From contig CAZMHV010000005.1 in assembly GCA_964566225.1 (NCBI GenBank), positions 1 through 60,308 on the forward strand: DNA of 60,308 nucleotides, written 5' to 3'. Shown one piece after another: positions 43,352 to 51,905 of the stretch (position 1 is the first letter of the stretch; the number at the start of each line of letters is the position of its first letter). A program made the position numbers and the translations under genes. The stretch comes from an uncultured Gammaproteobacteria bacterium (lineage in GTDB: Bacteria > Patescibacteriota > Patescibacteriia > Magasanikbacterales > UBA922). The notes under the pieces are model-generated. The model searched no databases, was not told the origin of the DNA, and saw only the letters and a list, made by a program, of their open reading frames with translations.

Positions 43352-43858
43352 TTATGGCTTATAACAGTTTCCATCAGCACCTCTTTGCCAGCCAAATTGA
43401 CATGGGCTATTTACCTTGTGTCGTTGGTCAGGGTTAGAAAAGTCTACATTGGTGTTTTTAATTTCTACATAGTTTCCTTGGTGTGCGGCATCCCCAGTAG
43501 CAAGTTTGGCAGCAAGGAGCGTAATACTATAAGCACTTAAAATAACTGCAATGCCAATAACTCCACGAACCAAGGTTTTTTTGCCTTCAGCAACTTTGTC
43601 TTCCTCACCACGTGCGGTCATAATAAGAAATCCCGCATACACCGTGTAGACCAAAAAAATAATAGCAAGGAATGAAAGAAATACTTTGATTCCACTTGCA
43701 ATAATAAGACGAGGGTCACGAGCTGCGGCATATCCGGCTCCACTTTCACCAGCTGTGGCTTGAAGTTGTGTGCCTACATCAATTGCAGACGCAGCTACCG
43801 GAAGAAACGTGAGACAACTAAGCAATATGCCAAAATATACTTTTTTCAGAGAATGCAT
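43352..43858 (-). CDS. TrbC/VirB2-type (T4SS-pilin-like) membrane protein, paralog 1 of 12
   Basis: Signal peptide MHSLKKVYFGILLSCLTFLPVAASA. Core FLVYTVYAGFLIMTARGEEDKVAEGKKTLVRGVIGIAVILSAYSIT. Short tail with 2 Cys. Confidence 0.7.
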   Translation of the reverse strand: MHSLKKVYFGILLSCLTFLPVAASAIDVGTQLQATAGESGAGYAAARDPRLIIASGIKVFLSFLAIIFLVYTVYAGFLIMTARGEEDKVAEGKKTLVRGVIGIAVILSAYSITLLAAKLATGDAAHQGNYVEIKNTNVDFSNPDQRHKVNSPCQFGWQRGADGNCYKP

Positions 43859-43876
43859 ACACCGTACAAACAAAAA

Positions 43877-44347
43877 TTAAAAAGCATTTTCAAGATCAGA
43901 CCAATTCATAGGTGGATTTTTTGGTTTGTCTACTTCACCACTCACTGACTGTGATACCGATTTACCAATAAAGGCTGTAATACTGTATGCTGCCAAAACA
44001 ATAATAAGTCCTATTACCGCTGCCCGAATTGTTTTTTGAGCTTTTTCTACTTTGGATTCATCACCAGCTGCTGTCAAAATATTGTATCCAGCATACACGG
44101 TAAGCACCAAAAATATGCTTCCGAGGAGTGTGAGAATGTCTTTAATTATGCCTGCAATAGCAATTCGTGGGTCAACTGCTTTGCCGTACTCTGCTGTCTT
44201 TGCTCCAGCTTCGTATTGACCTTTAATTTGGTCAGAAAGTGAACCTGCTGCGAGTGCTGGGACTCCAACAAAAGAACAGGTGAAAACAAGAGAAGCAATT
44301 GCCAGAGAAATTTTTTGAGAAAGTTTCATAGAGTTGTTTAGTGACAT
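43877..44347 (-). CDS. T4SS-pilin-like membrane protein, paralog 2
   Basis: Signal peptide (an alternative start MKLSQK at 44329 is possible). Core FLVLTVYAGYNILTAAGDESKVEKAQKTIRAAVIGLIIVLAAYSIT. Confidence 0.7.
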   Translation of the reverse strand: MSLNNSMKLSQKISLAIASLVFTCSFVGVPALAAGSLSDQIKGQYEAGAKTAEYGKAVDPRIAIAGIIKDILTLLGSIFLVLTVYAGYNILTAAGDESKVEKAQKTIRAAVIGLIIVLAAYSITAFIGKSVSQSVSGEVDKPKNPPMNWSDLENAF

Positions 44348-45093
44348 TGACCAGCTGGGACTACTTCAAATCGGTGGCCATAATCAACGTTAGCATTACA
44401 TCGGTTATCATTAAATTGACTACAGTAGTAGTTAAATCGTTGATCACAGCCTTCTTCTGTATCAACCTCTTCTTTGGTTTCAACACCATGATTTGTAAAA
44501 ATACAACAATTTACATTATCTGTGCCTCCGGTGCATTGGCCCGCTGGTACAATTTGAATACTACAATACTGTCCTTGGTGTACGCACTGTGCATTGGCCA
44601 TACACTCTTGTTCATTTTGGGTAACATTTTTAACACAATTTTGTCCACTATCGTCACAAATAGAACAGCAGTATTCATTTCCACCTAAGTTATTGGTATT
44701 TGTTTCGCCAGCAACTGTTTTTTCCACAATTTTTGGTACCACAAACGCAGTAATACTGTAGGCTCCTACCAAAATTACCATACCAATCACAGAGGATCGA
44801 ATAATTCCTTGGGCTTTTTCAATTTGGCTTTCTTCTCCCTGTGCCGTCATCCACAAATACCCGGCATATACCATGAGCACCAAAAAGATGACTCCCACAA
44901 AAGATAAAAGTGTCTTAATAACAGTACCTACCAGTTCTGCGAGTCCTGTGCCATTGGCATCAGTCGCGTATCCTGCAGTTTCAACCGCTGCCGTATCAAG
45001 GCCTTTTTTACCCAGGTCAAGCTTGGCAAGAGCTGGTGAAAGCGGGAGAAATAAAAGAGTACAAGCAAAAAGTGACAAAAGGTATTTTTTCAT
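44338..45093 (-). CDS. T4SS-pilin-like membrane protein, paralog 3, with a Cys-rich C-terminal module of about 120 aa
   Basis: Signal peptide MKKYLLSLFACTLLFLPLSPALA. Core FLVLMVYAGYLWMTAQGEESQIEKAQGIIRSSVIGMVILVGAYSIT. The tail has 15 Cys and VPAGQC twice. Confidence 0.7.
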   Translation of the reverse strand: MKKYLLSLFACTLLFLPLSPALAKLDLGKKGLDTAAVETAGYATDANGTGLAELVGTVIKTLLSFVGVIFLVLMVYAGYLWMTAQGEESQIEKAQGIIRSSVIGMVILVGAYSITAFVVPKIVEKTVAGETNTNNLGGNEYCCSICDDSGQNCVKNVTQNEQECMANAQCVHQGQYCSIQIVPAGQCTGGTDNVNCCIFTNHGVETKEEVDTEEGCDQRFNYYCSQFNDNRCNANVDYGHRFEVVPAGQCH

Positions 45094-45104
45094 AGCACAG
45101 TATA

Positions 45105-45479
45105 TTAGCCACCAAATTTAGTAATAACAAAGTTGGTAATAAAGTACGCAGCCAATACTACCCCCATACCAATCATAGTAGAAGAAATAATATTTTTGGC
45201 TTTTTCAATTTGGCTTTCTTCTCCACGCGCTGTCATCCACAGGTATCCAGCGTAGACCATAAGGACCAAAAAAATAAGTCCTACCAGGGTAAGTGCTGCC
45301 TGAATGCCGGTTCCAACCACAGTATTAATATCACCATTTCCTTCAGTTCCAGCTTTAGTCGCTGCTTTTTGGAGAGGACTATTGGCTCCCACCGCATTTT
45401 TGAGTCCTTGTGCCATGGCTACCGGAGCAAACAAAAATGAGTTCAAAACCAGAAATAAGTAAGAGGTCTTTTTGGTCAT
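45105..45479 (-). CDS. T4SS-pilin-like membrane protein, paralog 4 (minimal, 124 aa)
   Basis: Signal peptide, then core FLVLMVYAGYLWMTARGEESQIEKAKNIISSTMIGMGVVLAAYFIT. Confidence 0.75.
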   Translation of the reverse strand: MTKKTSYLFLVLNSFLFAPVAMAQGLKNAVGANSPLQKAATKAGTEGNGDINTVVGTGIQAALTLVGLIFLVLMVYAGYLWMTARGEESQIEKAKNIISSTMIGMGVVLAAYFITNFVITKFGG

Positions 45480-45512
45480 ACAAGAAAAAGTAAATACTCA
45501 AAAGTTTGAAAA

Positions 45513-46148
45513 TTATCTGAAGCCGTCTGCACGTCTTTGGTTACATTCTACCACGCCCATGCCTTCTGTCCAAATATAGTCATCGGCAGCGCAGTTTGCT
45601 GCTCCTAAAGCTTCTTTACAGCTTGCTTTACATGCGTTTTCTGTCATCATAAAAGCAGTCCAGGTTCCTGCTTCATTTACTTTAAATTCACAGCAACCTT
45701 CAGGTGTACCTGCAGGTTCATTGGATCCCCCCGTGTCACCAGCTCCTCCACTGGCCTGTGGTTGAATCAATCTTTGTCCTACAAAGTTAGTAATGGCATA
45801 TGAGCCCACTACCACAATAAGACCAATAATCGCAGCAATAATAGTTTCTTTGGCCTTTTCAATTTCTGTTTCATTGCCACGTGCTGTCATCCAGGTAAAT
45901 CCACCGTAGACCATGAGTACCAAAAAGGCAATACCAGTAATACGCAGAGCTCCTTGGATAAGTGTGCCTACTTGTGTGCCGAGGTCATCGGTGCTCACTC
46001 CTGTTTTGGGGGCAACCTCACGTGTGAGAATGTCTTCAGCATTTCCAATATTTTTTTTGGCCAAAATCGGACCAGCAAACAGTACTCCGGTCAAAAGAAA
46101 TCCCATGAAAAATGAGAGCAATCTTTTGTGTGACAAAGAAAATTTCAT
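45513..46148 (-). CDS. T4SS-pilin-like membrane protein, paralog 5, with a Cys-containing C-terminal module
   Basis: Core FLVLMVYGGFTWMTARGNETEIEKAKETIIAAIIGLIVVVGSYAIT. Tail GCCEFKVNEAG...CKASCKEALGAANCAADDY..VVECNQ. Confidence 0.7.
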   Translation of the reverse strand: MKFSLSHKRLLSFFMGFLLTGVLFAGPILAKKNIGNAEDILTREVAPKTGVSTDDLGTQVGTLIQGALRITGIAFLVLMVYGGFTWMTARGNETEIEKAKETIIAAIIGLIVVVGSYAITNFVGQRLIQPQASGGAGDTGGSNEPAGTPEGCCEFKVNEAGTWTAFMMTENACKASCKEALGAANCAADDYIWTEGMGVVECNQRRADGFR

Positions 46149-46178
46149 ATAAAAAATGAGACAAGATCAACAAAAAGA

Positions 46179-46742
46179 TTATTGTCCTGGGACAGCAAAT
46201 GGAAGATTTGGATCATTGTTGATTCTTGGTGGACAAGGTGAGACTCCCAAATTTGGAGTTCCGAGATCAGCTCCATCTTGTCCTCGTTGAACTTCACCTG
46301 GTGCAAATTGTTCTGGACCAGTGCCCTCACAAGGTGCCACATTACCACCTCCACCCACATCAGCTTTCGTCTCAACTCCGGCATTGGCAGATCGGAATAC
46401 AAATATAGTGAGTGAGTACGAAGCCAAGACAATGATAATACCAATAATTGCCGTAGTAATAGTATCTTTGGCTTTGTCTACTTGTCCACTATCACCATGC
46501 GCTGTCATCCACAAAAATCCTCCGTACACCATGAGGATAAAAAAGATTAGACCAATGAGTGTGAGTGCGGTAGAAATCACATTGGCAATCACGGTAGAAA
46601 CTTCGGTTTGTTTCAAATCTGTTTTGGCCGCAGTCTCATCGAGTCCATAGTATGGATCAAGTGCTTGTGTAGGCGTACTCAAACAAAACATCAGTGTAAG
46701 GGTGGTACAAAAGAAGAAAATTTTTTTTATAATTCCGTGCAT
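46179..46742 (-). CDS. T4SS-pilin-like membrane protein, paralog 6
   Basis: Core FFILMVYGGFLWMTAHGDSGQVDKAKDTITTAIIGIIIVLASYSLT, with a Gly/Pro-rich tail containing 2 Cys. Confidence 0.7.
   Translation of the reverse strand: MHGIIKKIFFFCTTLTLMFCLSTPTQALDPYYGLDETAAKTDLKQTEVSTVIANVISTALTLIGLIFFILMVYGGFLWMTAHGDSGQVDKAKDTITTAIIGIIIVLASYSLTIFVFRSANAGVETKADVGGGGNVAPCEGTGPEQFAPGEVQRGQDGADLGTPNLGVSPCPPRINNDPNLPFAVPGQ
46441..46547. repeat. 107-nt segment near-identical to 47038-47144 (core of paralogs 6 and 7)
   Basis: A 42-nt perfectly identical run (46458-46499 = 47055-47096), one mismatch, then 11 more identical nt. The flanking sequence diverges. Confidence 0.85.
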
Positions 46743-46766
46743 AGTTTTTTGGGAGTGCAGACAATG

Positions 46767-47336
46767 TTATTGTTGAGCTTGCTGCGCACAAGCAGGTGCT
46801 TGGTTATTGGTCAAAGAACACAGGTTTGCAATACATGCTGCCGGGTCATTGAATGAAAGTATACCTTGTGGACAAGCCTGAGCACTTTCTCCACACACAT
46901 ATCCTGGATCTTGCAAACTTGAGTCAAGACAGTAAGTTTTTGAGGCACCACCATTTGCTGTAGGTGTAGCTCCAGCTCCACTACTGGCACTAAAGACAAA
47001 GTTGGTAATTGCATACGAAGCTAACACAACAATGATACCAATAATGGCTGCCACAATAGTATCTTTGGCTTTGTCTACTTGTCCACTATCACCATGTGCT
47101 GTCATCCAGAGGAAGCCTCCATACACCATGAGGATAAAAAAGATAACGGCAATCATGGAGAGGGCGGTACCAATCACATTACCAATAAGGGTAGGGATAT
47201 CACTGGGGTAGCGCTGTGCAATACCAGAAGCATTGGCTGTGGCGGAGAGACCATAGTCATCAGCATGAGCGAGGGCAGGAACCAAAAAAACTCCCATGAG
47301 TGAGAGTACCACAAAAACTTTTTTGAAAATGGACAT
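46767..47336 (-). CDS. T4SS-pilin-like membrane protein, paralog 7, with a Cys-rich tail
   Basis: Start taken at MSIFKKVFVVLSLMGVFLVPALAHA. Core FFILMVYGGFLWMTAHGDSGQVDKAKDTIVAAIIGIIVVLASYAIT. Tail TYCLDSS..YVCGESAQACPQG..PAACIANLCS..APACAQ. Confidence 0.7.
   Translation of the reverse strand: MSIFKKVFVVLSLMGVFLVPALAHADDYGLSATANASGIAQRYPSDIPTLIGNVIGTALSMIAVIFFILMVYGGFLWMTAHGDSGQVDKAKDTIVAAIIGIIVVLASYAITNFVFSASSGAGATPTANGGASKTYCLDSSLQDPGYVCGESAQACPQGILSFNDPAACIANLCSLTNNQAPACAQQAQQ
47038..47144. repeat. 107-nt segment near-identical to 46441-46547
   Basis: See the partner repeat at 46441-46547. Confidence 0.85.
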
Positions 47337-47409
47337 AAGAGAACGATTCAATGAAGAATGGAAGGTGATGGAGCTGCGGGGCTTCATCACTGGACACTAT
47401 TCACTGATA

Positions 47410-47805
47410 CTATGGGTAAATGTTGATCACGTTTCCGGTAGCGGCACGATTGGTATTTTCAAGTACATAGGTTGTAATACTCCAGGCACTCAAGATAATC
47501 AACAAGCCAAGGACACAGGCTTTGATGGTTTTTTGTGCGCTTTCGATTTTGTCTTCAGATCCTCCTGATGTCATCCACATGTATCCAGCATACACAATAA
47601 GACTCACACAAATAATACCGAGCAGGCCAAGTACTACGTTAATAATCTGTACGGCAGTAGTACGAACGTCGTTTGAACCAAGGCCACTGGCAGCGCCAAG
47701 GCTTTGTCCTTGCACACTCAGTCCAATATCTTGTGCGTGCACTGGTGCAAAAAAAATGCCAAGTCCAATGAGTGTCAAAATAAAAAAGGGAAGAACCTTT
47801 TTCAT
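47410..47805 (-). CDS. T4SS-pilin-like membrane protein, paralog 8
   Basis: Start taken at MKKVLPFFILTLIGLGIFFAPVHA. Core VSLIVYAGYMWMTSGGSEDKIESAQKTIKACVLGLLIILSAWSIT. Confidence 0.7.
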   Translation of the reverse strand: MKKVLPFFILTLIGLGIFFAPVHAQDIGLSVQGQSLGAASGLGSNDVRTTAVQIINVVLGLLGIICVSLIVYAGYMWMTSGGSEDKIESAQKTIKACVLGLLIILSAWSITTYVLENTNRAATGNVINIYP

Positions 47806-47907
47806 AGAAAATTTTTTAAAGTAATTGATAAGAGATAAAATGACCAAGTTCAAATGACCAATGTGAGACGGGTTTACTCATTTGTCATTTTGGTTTTGTC
47901 ACTTTGA

Positions 47908-47949
47908 AAAGAACAAAAGGGTAGGATACTCACGTGGGGCATCCTACCC
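47908..47949 (-). terminator. internal terminator inside the pilin array (after paralog 9)
   Basis: GGGTAGGAT (47919-47927) pairs with ATCCTACCC (47941-47949). On the - strand the stem is followed by TTTTGTTCTTTTC. Confidence 0.6.
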
Positions 47950-47964
47950 CTATTGGATGTTCTT

Positions 47965-48456
47965 TTATTGGTTAGCTGCGTCTGCACCAGCATCGGCTGG
48001 GTTCCAGTCAGCATTTTGACCCGCTACATTGGTCGCACTTGCCAAGTTTTGAAGTACAAATTTGGCAATTGCCCATGCACTGAGGATAATAGCCATACCA
48101 ACGACGCCTGCAAAGATAAGTTTGCGAGCTTCGGCGATTTTATCTTCACTGCCACCTGCAGTCATCCATTTGAAGCCACCGGCCAAAACGATAACTACGG
48201 CAATAATACCAAGTAAACTGAGTGATACGTTGATAAGACGTACAACGGTTGTTTGTAAACTGTTGTTGCCTAATGCAATACCACTTCCAGCGATTGCTGG
48301 ATCTCCTTCGATTTCTTTTGTTCCAAAAACGTCATTTCCAACAATGTTGTTTTGCGCACTTGCAAAGTTTGGTGCGAGCACCAAGCCGAGCATAAGAGCA
48401 GAGGTTAACCCTACTGCAATTTTGTTTTTTGTAATTTGAAAATTCACATGTCTCAC
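47965..48456 (-). CDS. T4SS-pilin-like membrane protein, paralog 9
   Basis: Core AVVIVLAGGFKWMTAGGSEDKIAEARKLIFAGVVGMAIILSAWAIA. Confidence 0.7.
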   Translation of the reverse strand: MRHVNFQITKNKIAVGLTSALMLGLVLAPNFASAQNNIVGNDVFGTKEIEGDPAIAGSGIALGNNSLQTTVVRLINVSLSLLGIIAVVIVLAGGFKWMTAGGSEDKIAEARKLIFAGVVGMAIILSAWAIAKFVLQNLASATNVAGQNADWNPADAGADAANQ

Positions 48457-48481
48457 CCCCTTTCAGGTTAAGATTAAAAGT

Positions 48482-49192
48482 TTATTGTCTATTGAACTGT
48501 AAACAGGTTACTAACTCTTGTGCACATTCTTCTACCAAGGGACTATCTTCAGCGAGTCCATTTTGACACAGTGCATGAAATTGTCGACATACCTGATCTC
48601 TGTTTTGTGCGTTGACACAGTCACTCATCGGTGCACCAGGAACATCACCATTATTTGCTGGGAGAACAAATACCACATAGGTACAATCTTCTCGAGCATC
48701 ACAGGCATTGCGTGTAAGCTCACTACATGAGTCTGATTCAGGTTGAACTTGTGGTGTACCTGGAGTAATTTGTCCTGCTGGAGCATTGCCTCCACTGTCT
48801 GAAGAAAGTGTCTTTCCAGTAATTCCTTCAATAACTGTGGTTAGTATACCATATGCTCCAAAAATGATAAAGAGTCCCATCACTGCATACAACATAGTCT
48901 TGGTTCCTTGCTGTACTTTGTCAGAGTTTCCAGCCGAAGTGAGCCACAAATATCCACCAAATACAAATACTGCCAAGGTAATTGATCCCAAAAATCCAAG
49001 GGTAATTTGAACAGCGTTTCCAAAGATCACTCGAGTATCTACCAGTCCTCTCGGATTTTTTTCACTTCCACCAATAGGATTAATAAGTTCTACGGGTGCA
49101 TCTGCTTGTTTGCCAAGGCCTTGAGCCTGTACTGGAGAACCTGGCAACATGAGAGCACAGAGAAAAAAAATGATAAAAAAATATTTTCGCAT
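48482..49192 (-). CDS. T4SS-pilin-like membrane protein, paralog 10, with a Cys-rich C-terminal module
   Basis: Signal peptide MRKYFFIIFFLCALMLPGSPVQA. Core LAVFVFGGYLWLTSAGNSDKVQQGTKTMLYAVMGLFIIFGAYGIL. The tail has 9 Cys (SDSCSELTRNACDAREDC...VTCLQF). Confidence 0.65.
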   Translation of the reverse strand: MRKYFFIIFFLCALMLPGSPVQAQGLGKQADAPVELINPIGGSEKNPRGLVDTRVIFGNAVQITLGFLGSITLAVFVFGGYLWLTSAGNSDKVQQGTKTMLYAVMGLFIIFGAYGILTTVIEGITGKTLSSDSGGNAPAGQITPGTPQVQPESDSCSELTRNACDAREDCTYVVFVLPANNGDVPGAPMSDCVNAQNRDQVCRQFHALCQNGLAEDSPLVEECAQELVTCLQFNRQ

Positions 49193-49240
49193 ACAAAAAG
49201 TAATTCAATACGGTGAAAGTTGTTTCACAGCGCGAATGGG

Positions 49241-50458
49241 TTATTGTTTTTGATTGGTAAGGTCTGTATCTAAATTGCCAACGGCTCTGTACAGGTCACT
49301 GACTTGGAGTGCATCAAGTATAAAGTCTATGATGAGGTACGCACCAAAGGCAATAATAATACCCACAATAGCTGCCACCAGTACATCGCGTCCTTTTTTG
49401 ACTTTTTCTGCACTGCCCATAGAGAGTACCATAGTAAAGCCTCCATATACAAACATGACAAAGGCAAAGGTACCTATAATGGCAAACATGGATTTACCTA
49501 AGTTGATAAACAAGATCAGCAAGTCGTTAATATTGCGACATCCTTCAAAACTAAAAGCACAATCAGGGAGTGGACCATTATAGCCCTTGGGTTTTTGGTA
49601 GTGTGGGTCATTGGCATGGAGTTCTGCCAGGGTAGGAGCCCGGGGAGTAGAACTGGCAGTGACTGTTGAATTGAGAATACAAACATTGAGAGCATCAATA
49701 CACCTTGCTGGAAGACTTGGGTTTGCTTTCATTTTTTCCAGCAAAGATGCTGGGGTATCTGCAGAAGGGTTATAACTCTCTGGAATACACTTTGACATTT
49801 CTCTTTTGAAGTTGATAAGACAAGCTTCTTTGGCTGCTTTTTCACTTTCATTGGCTTGTTGAACCCCCAAAATGTAAACAAACTTGTTACTATTTTCATT
49901 GGACATGTGAATCTGGTAGCGAAGTGGTTGTCTGTTGTTGTACTTGGCATCTTCATAGGGTTGAAAATTTGCAGGTCTATTACAACCAGCACCACCACCA
50001 CAGGTGTTTTTGAGACAGACTTTGTCAAATCCAAGTTGCATTTGAGCTACGGTAAATTGTCCTTGATCTTTTGGATACCAGTTTCCAACACGATATGGCG
50101 CATCCATATGAGAGTCAGCTGGGTCACAATAAATACCTTCTTTGACTGCTGTATATCCAGACCAGTTACGTGGTATGATTTGTATAACTCGGCCTCCTCC
50201 TATGTCAATATTTTGACTCAATTCGTTAAACCCAATAGTATATTGACCTTCTGGTATAGAAATACAAGCAGGTTGTCCTCCTACTGCAGAGGCACTGTTA
50301 TCACTCACCAACACTTTAATAAATTTTTTTCCAATTTCTGGAATCTTCCCATCACAAATATTTTCTCCTTCAGCATATACCTGAAGAGGGGACAGAAAAA
50401 AAACTGACAAAAAAAGCAATCCAGAAATAAGAGAAAACGTTTTGTTTTCAAACTTCAT
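49241..50458 (-). CDS. large secreted Cys-rich protein ending in a pilin-type two-helix core (paralog 11, reversed domain order)
   Basis: Signal peptide, then a Cys-rich ectodomain of about 310 aa, then FAFVMFVYGGFTMVLSMGSAEKVKKGRDVLVAAIVGIIIAFGAYLII at the C-terminus. Confidence 0.6.
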   Translation of the reverse strand: MKFENKTFSLISGLLFLSVFFLSPLQVYAEGENICDGKIPEIGKKFIKVLVSDNSASAVGGQPACISIPEGQYTIGFNELSQNIDIGGGRVIQIIPRNWSGYTAVKEGIYCDPADSHMDAPYRVGNWYPKDQGQFTVAQMQLGFDKVCLKNTCGGGAGCNRPANFQPYEDAKYNNRQPLRYQIHMSNENSNKFVYILGVQQANESEKAAKEACLINFKREMSKCIPESYNPSADTPASLLEKMKANPSLPARCIDALNVCILNSTVTASSTPRAPTLAELHANDPHYQKPKGYNGPLPDCAFSFEGCRNINDLLILFINLGKSMFAIIGTFAFVMFVYGGFTMVLSMGSAEKVKKGRDVLVAAIVGIIIAFGAYLIIDFILDALQVSDLYRAVGNLDTDLTNQKQ

Positions 50459-50505
50459 ACGAACAAGAAAAAACTAAAATGGTTTGGGTGAGCGAGTTAT
50501 TTGTA

Positions 50506-51900
50506 TTACATGGTAAGTTGCACGGTTCGGGCCGCACGCATAATAATATTGAGATCGCGTTCGTCAGCAGCTTCACCTACTTCACCTTCTTTGTAGGGCA
50601 CAATATACGCATCCATCATATCTTGCAGACCTGCCTTGGCAGTCTCCCATTCACGGCCGTGATACCAGTTTTTGGCAGTAAGGGACTGGTTGGCAAAGGT
50701 TGCCAGGATTGGATCTTGTTTTTGAATTCCAACATGTTCACGCAGTGGTGAAGGAACTTTGGCAGTGACATTGTATTGTTTGATATTGTTTGGGAGGGTA
50801 ATAAACCGGATAAAGTCCCAGGCATAGTTTTTGTTTTTGGACTTTTTGACCACAGATTCAATCCAGTAGTTGGCAATGTTGACAGGTTTGTTTGGGTTGA
50901 GTTGTGGGAGTGGAATAGAAACCAGTGTCATTTGTGGATTGCGAGTTTTGATACGAGCATAGTCGTAGGCATAACCAAAGTAAAATACAGACTTGTTGCG
51001 CACAAATGACTCAAAAGCTGTGCCTAAATTTTTGTTCCAAGAGTAGACGTCTTTGTCTTCTCGTGCAAAGTTGCTATAAAAGTTGAGTGCCTTACTAGTT
51101 GGATGGTTGCGGAGCGTGTTTTTATCAAGTCCTTGTGAAAACACAACACTTCCTCCACGAGTCATGTCAAATCCATTTTGCATGACCAGATATGCCAAAA
51201 TATCTGCACCATTATCAATGCTTTTGCCAGCTCCAAGGGCAATGCCAGATTGGATAATTTTGTTATCAGCATCATATTTGGTTGCTTCTTTGATGGCTTT
51301 TACCAGTTCATCCCAGGTTGTTGGAGCTGTGGCAATACCGGCTTGGTCAAGTAAGGTTTTGTTGTAGTATATTGCCAACGTATCATACGAGAGTGGGAGT
51401 CCAAATACTTGAGTACCTTGAATAACGTCCTCAGCAACACCACTTACATAATTGTCACGAATAGATTGCAGGGTAGGGAGTTGTTTGTCTTCTGTAATAA
51501 TAACGGTTTCTTTGGCATACTGTCCTTGTACTTCAGAGTGAGCCACGGTTACTTTGGGAGGCATGGGGGACAAACGACTGTCGTATTTTTTGAGAGTACG
51601 AATATGCGTAGAAATAATATCGGGTCCTACGTCGTCTGCGAGGGCGTTGGTAAAAAGTTTGTCATACTCTTCGTATCGAATTTGACGTATATTGATACTT
51701 ACTTGTGGAAACATTTTTTGGTATTCAAAAGCAAGGCGTCTGAGTTCACTGACGTCTCCATATACGGTCCAATAGTTCAGTTTGACTGGACGAATCGCTG
51801 CTTGTTCTGCTGCGGTTGGGGCTTTGCAACCAAAACCCGTAGAAACAAAAAGACTGGCCAAAACCACCAGGGAGAGAGATTTTTTGAAAAGTGGTGACAT
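50506..51900 (-). CDS. extracellular solute-binding lipoprotein (ABC family-1, sugar-type), with no permease or ATPase partner nearby
   Basis: Lipobox LFVSTGFGC. KLNYWTVYGD, FGLPLSYDTLAIYYNKTLLDQAGI..PTTWDELV. Confidence 0.75.
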   Translation of the reverse strand: MSPLFKKSLSLVVLASLFVSTGFGCKAPTAAEQAAIRPVKLNYWTVYGDVSELRRLAFEYQKMFPQVSINIRQIRYEEYDKLFTNALADDVGPDIISTHIRTLKKYDSRLSPMPPKVTVAHSEVQGQYAKETVIITEDKQLPTLQSIRDNYVSGVAEDVIQGTQVFGLPLSYDTLAIYYNKTLLDQAGIATAPTTWDELVKAIKEATKYDADNKIIQSGIALGAGKSIDNGADILAYLVMQNGFDMTRGGSVVFSQGLDKNTLRNHPTSKALNFYSNFAREDKDVYSWNKNLGTAFESFVRNKSVFYFGYAYDYARIKTRNPQMTLVSIPLPQLNPNKPVNIANYWIESVVKKSKNKNYAWDFIRFITLPNNIKQYNVTAKVPSPLREHVGIQKQDPILATFANQSLTAKNWYHGREWETAKAGLQDMMDAYIVPYKEGEVGEAADERDLNIIMRAARTVQLTM

Positions 51901-51905
51901 ACTGT

